Of a DNA stretch of 53,876 nt, positions 34,836 through 51,700 are shown piece after piece. The position numbers and the translations under genes were made by a program. The stretch is from the NCBI GenBank assembly GCA_001938485.1, contig MQRK01248817.1, positions 10,036 through 63,911 of the forward strand, written 5' to 3'. Each line of letters begins with the position of its first letter. Positions within the stretch are counted from its first letter, which is position 1. Source of the stretch: Girardia tigrina (lineage: Eukaryota). The notes under the pieces are model-generated. The model ran no database searches and was not told where the DNA came from. It was given only the letters and a program-made list of their open reading frames with translations.

Positions 34836-36353
34836 TAGTGGTCTCCAACCACCGGTTTGCGGACCGGCATCGGTTCGTGTAAAAATTGTTTGACAATTTG
34901 AACTTTAAATCAAAATATAAAGTAGACAAAATTATAACTGAAGACAAAAATTCAGTTCAAAATAGAAAAATCAATTCAATAAAAAAGCATTTCAAAATAA
35001 TAAATTTCAAGTACAAAAGAATAGTTTAAAAATAAAAAATCAATTTAAATTCAAAGTCCCAATTTAAAATGAAAAATTCTCAATTTAAAATGAAAATACC
35101 TCATTTAAAATGAAAAATTCTTAATTTAGAGTGAATACCCTATTATTATAAAATTTATAATTTTTATTGATAATTCTTTGAATCAGTGTAATTAATTTAG
35201 AATTAAATTGTTTATTTTTACATTTTCAAATCTATAGTTGAAAGTGTTACAGAATGAAACAGCAAAAGATTGAAAACTTTTTAAAGCGCGGGCTTCGTTT
35301 ATAGGAATTACGTAGTACTGATATTTGTGCTGAATGTGTGCGGAGTTCATTGGCTTCTGTCAATCAAATGACAATGCAATCAGACAATAATGGTAGTGAA
35401 ATTCATACAAGAAAGAAGCTAAGACAAAGTTTTGTTCGGCATTATGATAAGGAGTAAATAAAGGAATAAGAAAATAATGAATGGATTGTGAAGGTTGCTT
35501 ACTTGGCTGATATATTCTCAATTCTCAATAATTTCAACTTGTCTCTCCTAGGAAGGATGACGAATATTTTCACACTTTGGAATAAGGTAGAAGCATTAAA
35601 AAATAAACTGTTATTGTGGAAGTAGTTCTTAACAAAAAATAATTGCCGATGTTTATCCTTCTGGATGACTATTTGATGTCTACTGACTTGAACCGAACAG
35701 TTATTTGAAGTGTAGTAAGTCAGTATCTGTAGGCATTGGTTAACTACTTTGATCAGTATTACCCTGAAGATGAAGATCCTCGCACTGGGAACGTTTGGAT
35801 TTGTGATCAATTTAAAGCAGACATTAACTCCATGAAACTTACACCAAAAGAGAAGGAAAATCGCATTGAATTGTCGGCTGACTGCACCCTAGAAATAAAT
35901 TTTAAATCAATGTCTTTGACACAGTTCTAGATTTCTGAGGGAAGAGTATCCGATTCTCAATGAAAAGGCTATGAAGCTTTTGATGACTTTTGCAACAATA
36001 TACCTTTGTGAAAAAACGTTTTCTTCTAAGATGGCTATTAAAACCAAATATCGAAACCGACTTCAAGTAAATGCTGCTCTGTGTCTATCTAAAACATCGT
36101 TACAGCGGCGCCTTGAGAAGATTTTAAATAAAAAACAGCTGTAGATTTCACATTGAATCGATCTGATTGTATTGTGTAGTATTTTGTGTCCCACTGTAAT
36201 GTTTAAATAAAGTATAAAGTATATATAAATTTAGGTATATATAATATCTATATAATGTGCATCAAGTAATATATTAAATATATGCTGACCGGTCCGCAAA
36301 GAAATTAATATAATTTTACCGGTCCGCGATCAAAAAAAGGTTGGGAATCGCTA
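34836..36353 (+). mobile_element. Internally deleted hAT Buster/Charlie-type transposon
   Basis: TIRs TAGTGGTCTCCAACC / GGTTGGGAATCGCTA, with a perfect 8-bp TSD AACTACAA (nnnTAnnn). Remnant frames read AYLADIFSILNNFNLSL and FATIYLCEKTFSSKMAIKTKYRNRL. Confidence 0.93.
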
Positions 36354-36786
36354 AACTACAATATATTTCATAAATAAATATCTTCACAGAGTATAAATCT
36401 AACTTTATCTTAAAGATAAGAACTTTCAGCTTGTTTGATAATACTGATAAAATAATTTATATAACAAATATAACTATCAGTTAACTGAGTCTGAATTTTC
36501 AGCCTTGAAAAAAAATTCAGACATCATAAGAGGATAGTTACTGAAGCATTATTAATAAAACATTTAAACCATGCTTAAATGTCTAGTCAGTTGTCCAATC
36601 ATATTAACATTTTTTAAAAGTTGTTAGATATATATATATACTTAATAAATTGCAATTATTAATTTGCAATATACTTAATAAATTTATTTAATATATTTAT
36701 TGAATATATTTGCCATATAAATTAATCATATTCTGAAATAACCTCACAACTTACGATGCCGTAATAACGAATGATATATGCAGGCA

Positions 36787-36824
<38 letters not shown>

Positions 36825-37899
36825 GGAGCACTTTTAAAATTTTTGAATATTTAAAATAAGCAAATATCTAAAATCAAAAGTTCTTGAAAAGAATTATAAT
36901 TAAAAATATCTTTTATTAATTTTAAAAAGTAATTCTCAAAAATAATTTAATGAAATTGTACTTCCTAAAAATATAACTTTTAAAAACAGATAATATTTTA
37001 AACATTGAAGCTATTTGAAAATGTTGTAACTTTAAAATTATTTGCTAAATAATTAATTTTTAAAAATAGTTGATTTGTCAAAAAATAACCATTAAAAATT
37101 TTATAATTAAAATATAAATATTTATAATTATAACTAAAATTTATATATGGATATTTATAATACAAATCTGATATCTGGTTTTGTGCAAAATAAGAAAATA
37201 TTATTCCTCGTAAATTTGTTTGGAAATAGTTATTTGTAAAAGAAATAAATATTTGGAGTCTTTCTTAACCTCGAACCCAACATGGATCATATATATATAT
37301 ATATATATATAAGGATTATAAATATGTGTATATGTTGATATTTTTTACTTTACATTCACAATTCATAACTTAAATAAATTAAAATTATATCGATATTTTA
37401 GACTTCTTAGAAGCTCATTTAATCAGAAAAAATGAACTCAAACTCATTATGCTATTTGAATATTCTTTTGCAATAAACTTGGAATTACTTTCCAAAAAGA
37501 AGTGAAGGGAAACAGTTATGGTCGGCAACAAAAACAACGAGGGTCCTTAGATCGAAACATTATATTTGAATGTTCAATTTCCTATGATAATTGTTATAAA
37601 ATATGGTAAAAATAATAAATGTATTTATTGAAACTGAGCATATTGGCAAATAAATTAGTTGTTATCTTTTTCAAATTCGAATTTTTGCTACCGCTGATAA
37701 AGTTATTAACTTAAGGAAACCTTACCAAGTAATTTTACCCATTAAAAACAATTTAAAATTAATTATTTTTAATTAATGATAATTATTCTAGAAATGATGA
37801 TGAAATCAAGTTATTGAAAGACAAACAAAATGAATTAAAAGATTTTATTTACATGAAAATGAAATAATAATAATTTTTGATAATTGATTTGTTATGCAC

Positions 37900-42487
<4,588 letters not shown>

Positions 42488-42659
42488 ATTGTGGGATAAA
42501 CCTCTTAATTGGTCCAGGGCTTCAAATTTGAATTTTTCAAATTTCAAAAATTATCGATTATTTTTGACAGAGATTTTTTTTTATTTGCTTATTTCCTTTT
42601 CTTTATTTTTGTTACTTTCTTCAGTTATTATTATTATTATTATTTTTATTATTATTATT

Positions 42660-43140
42660 ATTAGCGGCTTCAGATGCTTTGGGATTTCTATTTTGGATTG
42701 TAGATCTAATCAAGCGGTAATTCCACAGAGGAACCTAGTCTCCAGAGTACCGAGGTGGCTACGTTCTTTATTTAAATAGGCCGGCACACACAGAGGAACA
42801 GGGGATAATCATCTGTTACTATGCTTGTTGCTTCATTGGTTAGAGGCCAGTGGAATTCTCTAGTTCTATTCCCACTGCCCGCATTTCCCTGAACGCTGTG
42901 GTTGCATGCGATCCAATCTCGCGGGAATAATAATAGAATATCACCATCTTGAATTATTAACGAACCAATCAAACAACCGTGAAAGAAAATACACACACAC
43001 TTACGTGATAAAATAGGAATTGTTGCATTGGGACAATCCGACCAATCAGATCACTCGATTTAAAAATTAATATATTAGCCCCCGATAAAAGTTGTGAAAT
43101 TTTACATTCTTTTATATATTGCATTATCGACCAATCATAA
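42660..43140 (-). promoter_or_regulatory. Putative coe promoter
   Basis: High-complexity island upstream of the ATG. It has a minus-strand TATTTAAA (42771-42778), a CCAAT ~60 bp upstream (42835-42839), and further CCAAT boxes near 42913, 42965, 43042 and 43131. Confidence 0.55.
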
Positions 43141-43212
43141 CGGATTTTATATTTATATAATGTTTTTTTTTACAAAATAGAAAATTTAGATATTATTATT
43201 AATTTTTTATAC

Positions 43213-43245
<33 letters not shown>

Positions 43246-43525
43246 CAATTAGAAAAAAATAATATTTGATTATTAATATTATAAAATAAAATAAAATGTT
43301 TTTTTTTAAAAACTATTAATTAAAATCTGGTTGGTATTTTTTTGTCAAAACAAAAAATAATAAATTGTAATTTAATTACAATTTTGTGAGAGTGTTGTTT
43401 TGTTTTGTTTTGTTTCAATGAAATTTGTTGTTACAATTTTCTTTCTTTTTTTTCTAAAGAAATTTTTATCAATATTTATTAATGATTTTTTTTATATTTT
43501 ATGAAATTAAATTTAAATTTTATGA

Positions 43526-43528
<3 letters not shown>

Positions 43529-43565
<37 letters not shown>
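43529..43565. repeat. (TA)n microsatellite
   Basis: Direct reading. Other (TA)n tracts lie at ~17658-17682, 27048-27104 (with gap), 36769-36802 and 37289-37311. Confidence 0.95.
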
Positions 43566-43568
<3 letters not shown>

Positions 43569-44577
43569 TGAAAATTAAAAAAATATATTTATCTAGTTTT
43601 AAGTATCATTCAATGATTTTAATTAATTCTGCATTATTTTAATTTTTTGTACTGGTGAAAAGAAAGTTTTAGTATGAAACCGGAAGTCTTTCTGTTGTTT
43701 TCCTGGACCAGTACTAAGTAATTCAGGTGACCCTCTTCTTTGGAGAAAAGTTTGAAATAAGATTCACATTTTAATTTAAGAGTGTATAACTTTGTACTTT
43801 ACTGACTTCATAAATTTTAATGGTATTTGGAACCTTGATAAATTATTATTGCCTTCACTAGGAACTCTTTTGTCTCTGTCGTCTATGATACCTTTCCTCC
43901 TTTAATTATAAATAACATTTTTCTTTTTAATTACTCAGTAAACAATTTTAATGTTTTTATGGCATTCAAGAAAAGTGTTTCTTGTACTTTTAATACCGGT
44001 ACATACACGTCCTTAGCTTTACAAGTATTGAGTAAACTAGTTCGAAGATGTTGAAACGTATTATGTATCAATTTTATGGATACTAGAAACACGTCAGATA
44101 CGGTTTACACATATCACTTTCTAAATACTTTGAGGCACAGCTATATTCAATGCAATGACAGTAGGAATTTTTGAAGCTTACAAAATGTTTTCACTTTTTC
44201 AAAGAGTTATTGAACATTTATTTATGAAAAGTTATCACTGAAATCAGTTATTAAACTGATCTAATTACAAATTCAATGTAAAACTCTTCTCCTAAGGAGG
44301 GATCACATATGACAGATACAAATTTTATATTTATTTCAGTATAAGAAGAATGGTTTATGATTTTTGAGATTTAGTAAAACTGATCATTTCAACAATATTT
44401 TCAGTCCAGAACTTTTCTTTGGAGGGGGAAACAGGAAAACAAGAGGGACCATGTTTTTTTTCAAGACGACTTTAGATCAGCTGTGTATTATTTTGGTACA
44501 TATATAAACTGAGTCTCGAAATGGTTCAGACAACTGATCTGATGCGTTTAAACAACGCTCATTTAAATGGAAGTTTA

Positions 44578-44578
<1 letters not shown>

Positions 44579-44625
<47 letters not shown>

Positions 44626-44675
44626 NNNNNNNNNNNNNNNNNNNNNNNNNNNNNNNNNNNNNNNNNNNNNNNNNN

Positions 44676-44708
<33 letters not shown>
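44579..44708. repeat. (TA)n microsatellite containing an assembly gap
   Basis: Direct reading. Confidence 0.95.
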
Positions 44709-44713
<5 letters not shown>

Positions 44714-44750
44714 TGAAAGTATAATTTGATTAAACCTTCTTTTAAATAAT

Positions 44751-44793
44751 TATTGAACATGTTTCGATGTTAAATACATCATCATCAGCAATA
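44751..44793 (-). ncRNA. Minimal type I hammerhead ribozyme
   Basis: Minus strand reads TATTG-CTGATGA-T-GATGT-attta-ACATC-GAAAC-AT-GTT^CAATA. It has stem I TATTG/CAATA, intact CUGAUGA and GAAA cores, a 5-bp stem II and a palindromic ACATGT stem III. Confidence 0.82.
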
Positions 44794-45545
44794 TTTGAAA
44801 ATTTAATATTTGCAAATATTTGTATCTTTTAATGTTTAAATTGGTAGTAATAATTGTTGTGTGTTCTTTGAATTAAAATATTTTTATATAAATGTAAATA
44901 TATTTTTATAATTAAAAAATATGTAAAAAAAAATTGTAATGATTATTTTTGTTAGTGAATGTTTGCTATAATTTATAATTGTACAATTGTTATTAAAAAA
45001 AGTTAAGATTGTTTAAAAGAATAAAATTAAATACAGTAATTAATTACCGCATATTACTTTTCATTTCAATGATTAATAATTCGCATAATACTTATTCAAT
45101 TATGCATTATAATTATTATCAATTAAATATTAAAAATTTAACTACTCAACAATTTCAATTGGCAATCCCGTCCATTGAAAACCCGATATTGGATATACAT
45201 ATATTTGCAAATATTTGTATCTTTTAATATTTAAATTGGTAGTAATAATAATTTTAAAAATTTATTAATTTTAAATGGTAAAATTTGAAATGAAAATTAT
45301 AATTTATTAAAGTATATATTTTTATTTATTAAAGTATATTTAATAATAAGACATTATAACCCATCATTTAACATTCAGAATGGGCAAAGCAAGGTCATTT
45401 ATTACCATTTTTTTAATAAAAATATTTTTTGCCATTATTATCCAATAATACATAATAATATTCATTTCAAATTTTACCATTTAAAATTAATAAACTTTTA
45501 AAATCATAATATTAGATTCCGAAAAATATACAAATAATTTTCAAA

Positions 45546-45588
45546 TATTGCTGATGATGATGTATGTAACATCGAAACATGTTTAATA
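45546..45588 (+). ncRNA. Minimal type I hammerhead ribozyme (second, inverted copy)
   Basis: TATTG-CTGATGA-T-GATGT-atgta-ACATC-GAAAC-AT-GTT^TAATA. It differs from the first copy only by one loop II base and one G-C to G-U change in stem I. Confidence 0.8.
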
Positions 45589-45652
45589 ATTATATAAAAG
45601 AAGCTTTAATCTAATTATATTTTCAAAATATTAAACTTGCGTGCACAAGACT

Positions 45653-45657
<5 letters not shown>

Positions 45658-45719
<62 letters not shown>

Positions 45720-45769
45720 NNNNNNNNNNNNNNNNNNNNNNNNNNNNNNNNNNNNNNNNNNNNNNNNNN

Positions 45770-45806
<37 letters not shown>
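45658..45806. repeat. (TA)n microsatellite containing an assembly gap
   Basis: Direct reading. Confidence 0.95.
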
Positions 45807-45810
<4 letters not shown>

Positions 45811-46249
45811 CAATTCCTATCAACTGACATGATATTTTTATTTGATAAATTTAGTTTTTTTATTTATTTCAGTGCATCAGCCCATTCAAAGATTTTCGTT
45901 ACATTTAACGCACAGTATTGCTGTGATTGTCTTATGAAAATGCCTATGAATGAAGGACAGGTAAAACTTTCTGTAGAAATTTTTTTTGTGAGGCGGGGAA
46001 TCCTCAGTTTTTTTTGGTGGGTGAAAGTTTCCCCTTGAGAGCCGTGGTGGGAACACTTACAACATATTCACATTTTCATTATTTTATTCTGAAAAATGTT
46101 TAAATTTCAAAATGTTTCGAAAGCCATCTCAAATAATAATTCTGATATAATTTCTATATTTCAAAATGTATATTGTATTTGGTTGTTTTATAAATATTCG
46201 TAACTGTTTTTCTTTTATTATTGAGTTTTTTTAATCTTGTTTCTCACAA

Positions 46250-47200
46250 TCTTTTTTTCAGTAATACACTTTTTCAAATACTGAAACACGTATCGAACAT
46301 CATATTCATGTTCTTCATATTATTTTCTACCACTTTGAGAAATTATTTGAATGCGGGGTAGTTGCGATCTCAAGGAACTTTTTGCAAAGTAACACTTAGA
46401 AAAAAAGCCAATTTGGAGGATGGTTCAAGAAATTCAAAGGGATCGATAAAAAACCTTATCGATGGAGAAGTAAGAGATGAAGCATCAAATTTCGACACCT
46501 TGTAACTTATTGCAGCAGTGGAAAGCAACTCTACAATAACCACAGAGCCGAATGTGTCAAAATTACTCCCGATGTGTTACAGTGAGAGGTTCCAATTCTG
46601 TTCTTCAATAACTGCTCTTAGCTAGATGTTTTGTTCAAAGAATTATCGAAAAGCGTTTATGTAAAAAGGAAGCAGGACAGAAGCGGAATCATGAGATTTG
46701 CTATTGGTAGAATGTCGACGAAACTTGTCAAAAGTAGTAGATTCCGAAAAAAATGGCAAGCGACAATAAATTATCAATGGCGACATTTATTTATTTCAAC
46801 TTGAAAACCTTCAAGCTGCCATGGTATCTAAAAACCTCGAAAAGAAATCTATCGTCCTCCGCCACAATTAAGAATGTCCTCGTGTTTTTATTTATATTTT
46901 ATGACAATGTTTATATTATATTTATTTTATGTTTATCTTTGTGTTACAAAAGTTTTCTGGTACTTGTAATTTGTACTTGACCCATGTTCTTGCCAATTGT
47001 TCGAAACGAAAAATTCATAACCTCTTCAACATTTTCGACTTTGTAAAATATATTTCTTACAAAACAACGTTTGGAAACCTTTGTAACAACCTAATAATTG
47101 TAAGAATTTACATTTTGAATATTAGTATTTTATATAACACGTTCTCTTCAATTAACTTCGAAATGGTTTTGATGCATTAAGTCTATCTTTTTGGTGAAAA
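46250..47200 (-). mobile_element. Possible very old mariner-like remnant
   Basis: Coding-like composition with only faint resemblance to mariner motifs. No TIR pair was confirmed. Confidence 0.3.
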
Positions 47201-49519
47201 TGTATCAATTTTTGAGTTCTCTGAGTCCGGATATCCGTTCCTGCACTTGTTTATCTGCTAACGGTACATAATGTATGACTATGGCAGTAAGTGTACAGCC
47301 TTTTTAAGTATGGACTACAAAATTCACGAAGCAAACTTCAAGTACCACCTGATGTTTATTGACCTACAACACAGCAAATTCAAATTTTATATTTTGTTAT
47401 CAAATATTTCTTTCTATCTTTCATTTTTTAATATTTTTTTAAAAAAATATTATATTTTCTAAATTCCTATTTAGAAAACAAACCAATTTTAATTAACTAA
47501 ATATATTTATATTATCATTCTTTTATCAAAAATATTTTTTTTCTAATATTAATAAAAAAAATAAATTATTAAATGTCCAATTAGTTTTTACAATTTGAAA
47601 AGCATCAGTCAATAATTAATATATAGATTATTTGTTTCATAATTTTATATTTACTTTACTTTACAGCATTAATGAACGAATTGCTAAATGAATAAACTAC
47701 AGTACCTGAAACAATAAAGATAAGCCTTCACCATCTCTCGGGATTATTCATTCCATAGAACGGGTCCTATACGCAACAGTCCAAATGTTTTCTAGTTTTC
47801 TATATTGTTTCCATCAACCTGTTTGCTGAGAGAAATCATTGATGGAAACGATGCTCTACATTCAGTTGATCGAAAGAGAAATGCCATTTCCCCGGGGGCC
47901 GCCATTCAAATTGACTTATGCGTGATATAGATAGTTGTATGTTCAATTGTTTTATGGTTATAATGATAATTCAGTCAGACCTAATCACCAAATTTTTGGA
48001 CGTTATCGCAGACAATTGCGCGCGGCCCACAATGACACTGGCACCACCGTCAATAATAAATACCATAATGATTATGGGAGTAAGATTTCTATAAAATAGG
48101 TTTTCATTCTTCAATATAAACTAATAATATAAAAGTAGTAGTAAATCTTTTTCTCGGGTTTTATTAAGTTGTAAAGCTTTTTTCTTTCATGAAACATCGT
48201 TTAATCTAGAAGTTATCGTACTGAACACGCGACTTTGCCTGCAGAAATAATACTAATGGAAATAATTCTGATGGTTTTAGATTATCTTTTGAGTTTCTTT
48301 ATCATTCGACTTTTAACAAAAAAACCAGAAACAATATAGTGAATGATTTTATTAATTATTTATTTATTACTCATTATTAAAGAATGTATTTTAAATATAA
48401 ATATTTTTAATTTTTTAGAGTGGATTAAATTTATCGAATTAATATATTTTTTTAAAATATATTTTCGTTAACTTAACGCTTTAATGTTTTACCATTATAA
48501 TAACAGTTTAGTTTTATTGTTAAAATCATCGTAATCAGGTCCCGAGAGAGATAAATGGGGGGGCCATTATGCCGTTTCATTTAACATGAATTTAACCCTA
48601 GAAAGTCCGACTGACCGAAAAAGTCCCTTCAAACGAAATATAAATTTATATTTTAATATAAAATAATAAGTGGGTCTGGCTTATAATGCCAAATTACTTG
48701 GTCCTTTAGTAGGATAAACCACCTAAAAATTATATTTTAATAACATAATCAAAAATGTTAGTAAAATAATATTCATATTAAAAACATTATTTTCAATAAA
48801 TAATAAAATTATTACATTCATCGTGAAATTCAAAATAAAAATCGTAACGAATAATAAAAGTTTAGGAAAAACTAGTGAATCATAAAATTCCTTTTTGAAA
48901 ACAATGCATTTTACAAATAAAAATCCTTCCAAATCATTAAAAATACGAAATTTTCAACAATTTAATCGATTCGGAGTAGATATTTCGGGTTCACAACTCG
49001 AACTAGTTGTCCGATCAAGCTGTTTTATGTAACCAAATAACCCGCCGGTTAATTAGAACATCTTAATGTTTGTTTAAGTGCGGTGCTAATGTACGACTAT
49101 GGTGGAATCTCGAACTATTCGGTCCAATCGATACCTTCTGACCGAATAATTTGGCACATACTGTTGATTTGGATAACATGGTCTTTGAAGCTCTCTTTCG
49201 CACCTTAAACTACCAAAAATTTGTTTTTTGACATGAGAAAATTATAGAAAAGAGTGGAATAACTCGAGTCCAGAAACTCAATCATGTTTCTTTGAAAATT
49301 CTCTATAACCAAGTAAACTATAATTAATAAGGAATCAAAAAATATATTTATTACGAAAATACCGAAAGATCATAAAGTTATAACAAATATTAAAAACCTA
49401 TTTGAATTTATTTTGCTTTCTATTTTATTTATAAAGGGCTATTATGGAGCAATCGCAACTTTTTTTACTGCAAAAATGACTGAAAAAGTAATGATTTATT
49501 AACAAAGAGCCCCTGAAAG

Positions 49520-51700
49520 TGCTATAATTGTCAAGAAATACATCCTGTGGTGGTCCAAACCCATTCCAGATACGTCTGCTTCACTCTCCGACGCTAGCCG
49601 GCTTCTCACCATGAAAACATCCAAGCCGCAATAAACCATCGTGAGGAATTTTACCCACCCAATATGTATTACATCTATTGCTAGCCATTGTCACATCTTT
49701 TTTACTTCAAGATCTAACTTTTCCCATAACACTGGCGAAGGATCGATTGATGAACACTCCTCATAACCATTTATCAAAAAATTGATTTGGTTTTCTTAAC
49801 TTTTGTCAGGACCCCATATTTTCCTTGCGAAAAGAATTTTCAATCTATCTCCAAAATGATGGATGTCATTTTAGTTGCCTAAGACTATCAATAGATTCTC
49901 GTTGCTCTCAAAATGCAACTGTTGTTGCCAAAGTCATGTTATTAACCAGCGTCCACTAATGAGCTGGAACTTGCGTTAACGCATCGGCTTTATTCTTTTC
50001 TGAGAGTACGAGTGTTATCTTCTCACTCATCTCTTCTTCCTCTACCACATCAGCGTCAGTATTGGCTTAGCATATACGTGTTCCAATACCTGAATGATTT
50101 TCGGGACAATATTCAAGCAGAATCCGAGCCTGGTTAAGTTGACTCTGATACTACACTACCTGGTAGAACGACGAAGATCGATAGATTCTGATTTGTAGAT
50201 ATGCGCGCCGTAATTCCATAACTACCAACTTGCTCCCCATGCGGTGTCAACTCCTCAGTTTCTCCCAGCATAACAGATTCCCAGTGATGTGGCTGTAAAT
50301 TAAATCATTGAGTTCCCGGTAATCGAGACCTGGTAGGACTTTTTCATAGGCTTCTTGTATTACTACCATGAGGGGCAGTGTCATCCGCCGTGGGCCTTCG
50401 TACTTCACCATCCACCACCTGATCTTTTACTCGCGCATCTCCACATTTAATTCGGTTTCGAACACTTTGGCCAACGAGTATTCTGCTACGCTGTTGTGCA
50501 CCAGTGGCATTTGCTCTTCCTTCCAGAGCCACGCCACTGATCATGGAGTTCCATCAAACTCGGCTGTCAAAACTTTGTCCACAATGCCTGGCGGCCTTGG
50601 TTGTGCCCTATTAATTACTTCATTTGGCGTTGGTCAGACTGATTCATTGCTGCTGTTGTCGGGTTTTTTTTAGTTATTTCTCATCATAGCCTGCTTTTGG
50701 GTGGACCTATTTGACCCAGCCGCAACGAAAGTTGGTTCTACCCAGTTGAAACCGATGTGAACACTGGCCAACAGGGACATTACGTCCATTCCCCTAAGCA
50801 TATCCTCAAACTCTGAACGAAAAGGATCCAACACAGTACTTGGTGGCCCGCTACCTCAAAGTATACACAGGTACCATGTTCTACCTCCGTCGGACTGAGA
50901 ACCATCTGCAATCTCTCGGACGTTCCATCATCGTTGTTGAGCAACCAGTATCCCCCAGTACCGTCACGATTCGCGCTCCCCAATTTTAATTTCGAACACC
51001 GTTAGATTCGCGTAACGCCTTGTAGACGCCCCCGAACAGTGCAGTGGTGCGTATCTGTTATTCTTTTCACGGACCCGGAAAGCAGCGTGGGCAGCAAACT
51101 ACAAAAATGATCTACAGCGCCATAAACGAAACATAACCCAGTCCTTGAACAGATTTGAATGCTTTTCATTGATGCTGAGTCCGCCTTTAAGTTTTGTTGC
51201 ACTACTTACATTTGAAACAACGGCAACGTTGTCCGCAGATGCGTTTATCCTCGGCCTGTTAATACGAAGTAGCTACCGTATCGGTTTCAGTTTTTGCTCT
51301 TGGGTGGACCTATTGGAACCAGTCGCGACGAAAGTTGGTTCTAGTCTTTTTCTTTACTGCTTCCAATGATAAGTGCTTCAAAACAACCGCCAAAAGGCCG
51401 AATATTCAAACCGGCCATAGAAAACATTTCTAGGGTTCCTCCCCGTGACAAACGATTGACAACAGACACCGCAAAACCGCGCCATAATCTCATTGATCCA
51501 GCTCAGCATTCCTGAAAGTGATTCAAATGCTTGCCTCTTCATGAGCATTGAAAGGGCCGTCATCTTGCTCATGTTATGAATTGCCGTTGCCACCTCAAAT
51601 TTGCCACAATAGTCCGAAGTCCCCGATTCCATCGAAAAGGTGGACCACGTCGGTGAATTTAATTCTCTGCATAAGCCGTGATGGCTTGTAGAATAAATCC
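49520..51700 (-). mobile_element. Degraded Ty3/gypsy-like LTR retrotransposon (gag to RT)
   Basis: Minus strand: gag-like HLFDGIGDFG..FEVA (~51590-51645), degenerate knuckle GLCFVYGAVDHF (~51105-51140), and RT LDYRELNDL, ELRRAYLQIRI and LTRLGFCLNIVPKI (~50097-50330). Confidence 0.8.

Larger units (their letters stand above)
44709..45657. mobile_element. Penelope-like element remnants in inverted arrangement, inserted in (TA)n
   Basis: ~90-bp inverted terminal homology, each copy containing a minimal hammerhead. The plus strand reads IIRHYNPSFNIQNGQ (45343-45387), resembling the PLE GIY-YIG C-terminal I...PsLN.Q motif. Confidence 0.7.

Noticed and set aside
35040-35130. Tandem CAATTTAAAATGAAAA repeats as a possible CRISPR-like array
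   Set aside because: Degenerate minisatellite inside a hAT element, with no unique spacers and a eukaryotic context.
43680-44570. Moderately complex sequence upstream of coe
   Set aside because: Probably old transposon fragments; no supportable motif or ORF.
44521-45823. ORFs with YIYIYI runs
   Set aside because: Artifacts of (TA)n microsatellites and N-gaps.
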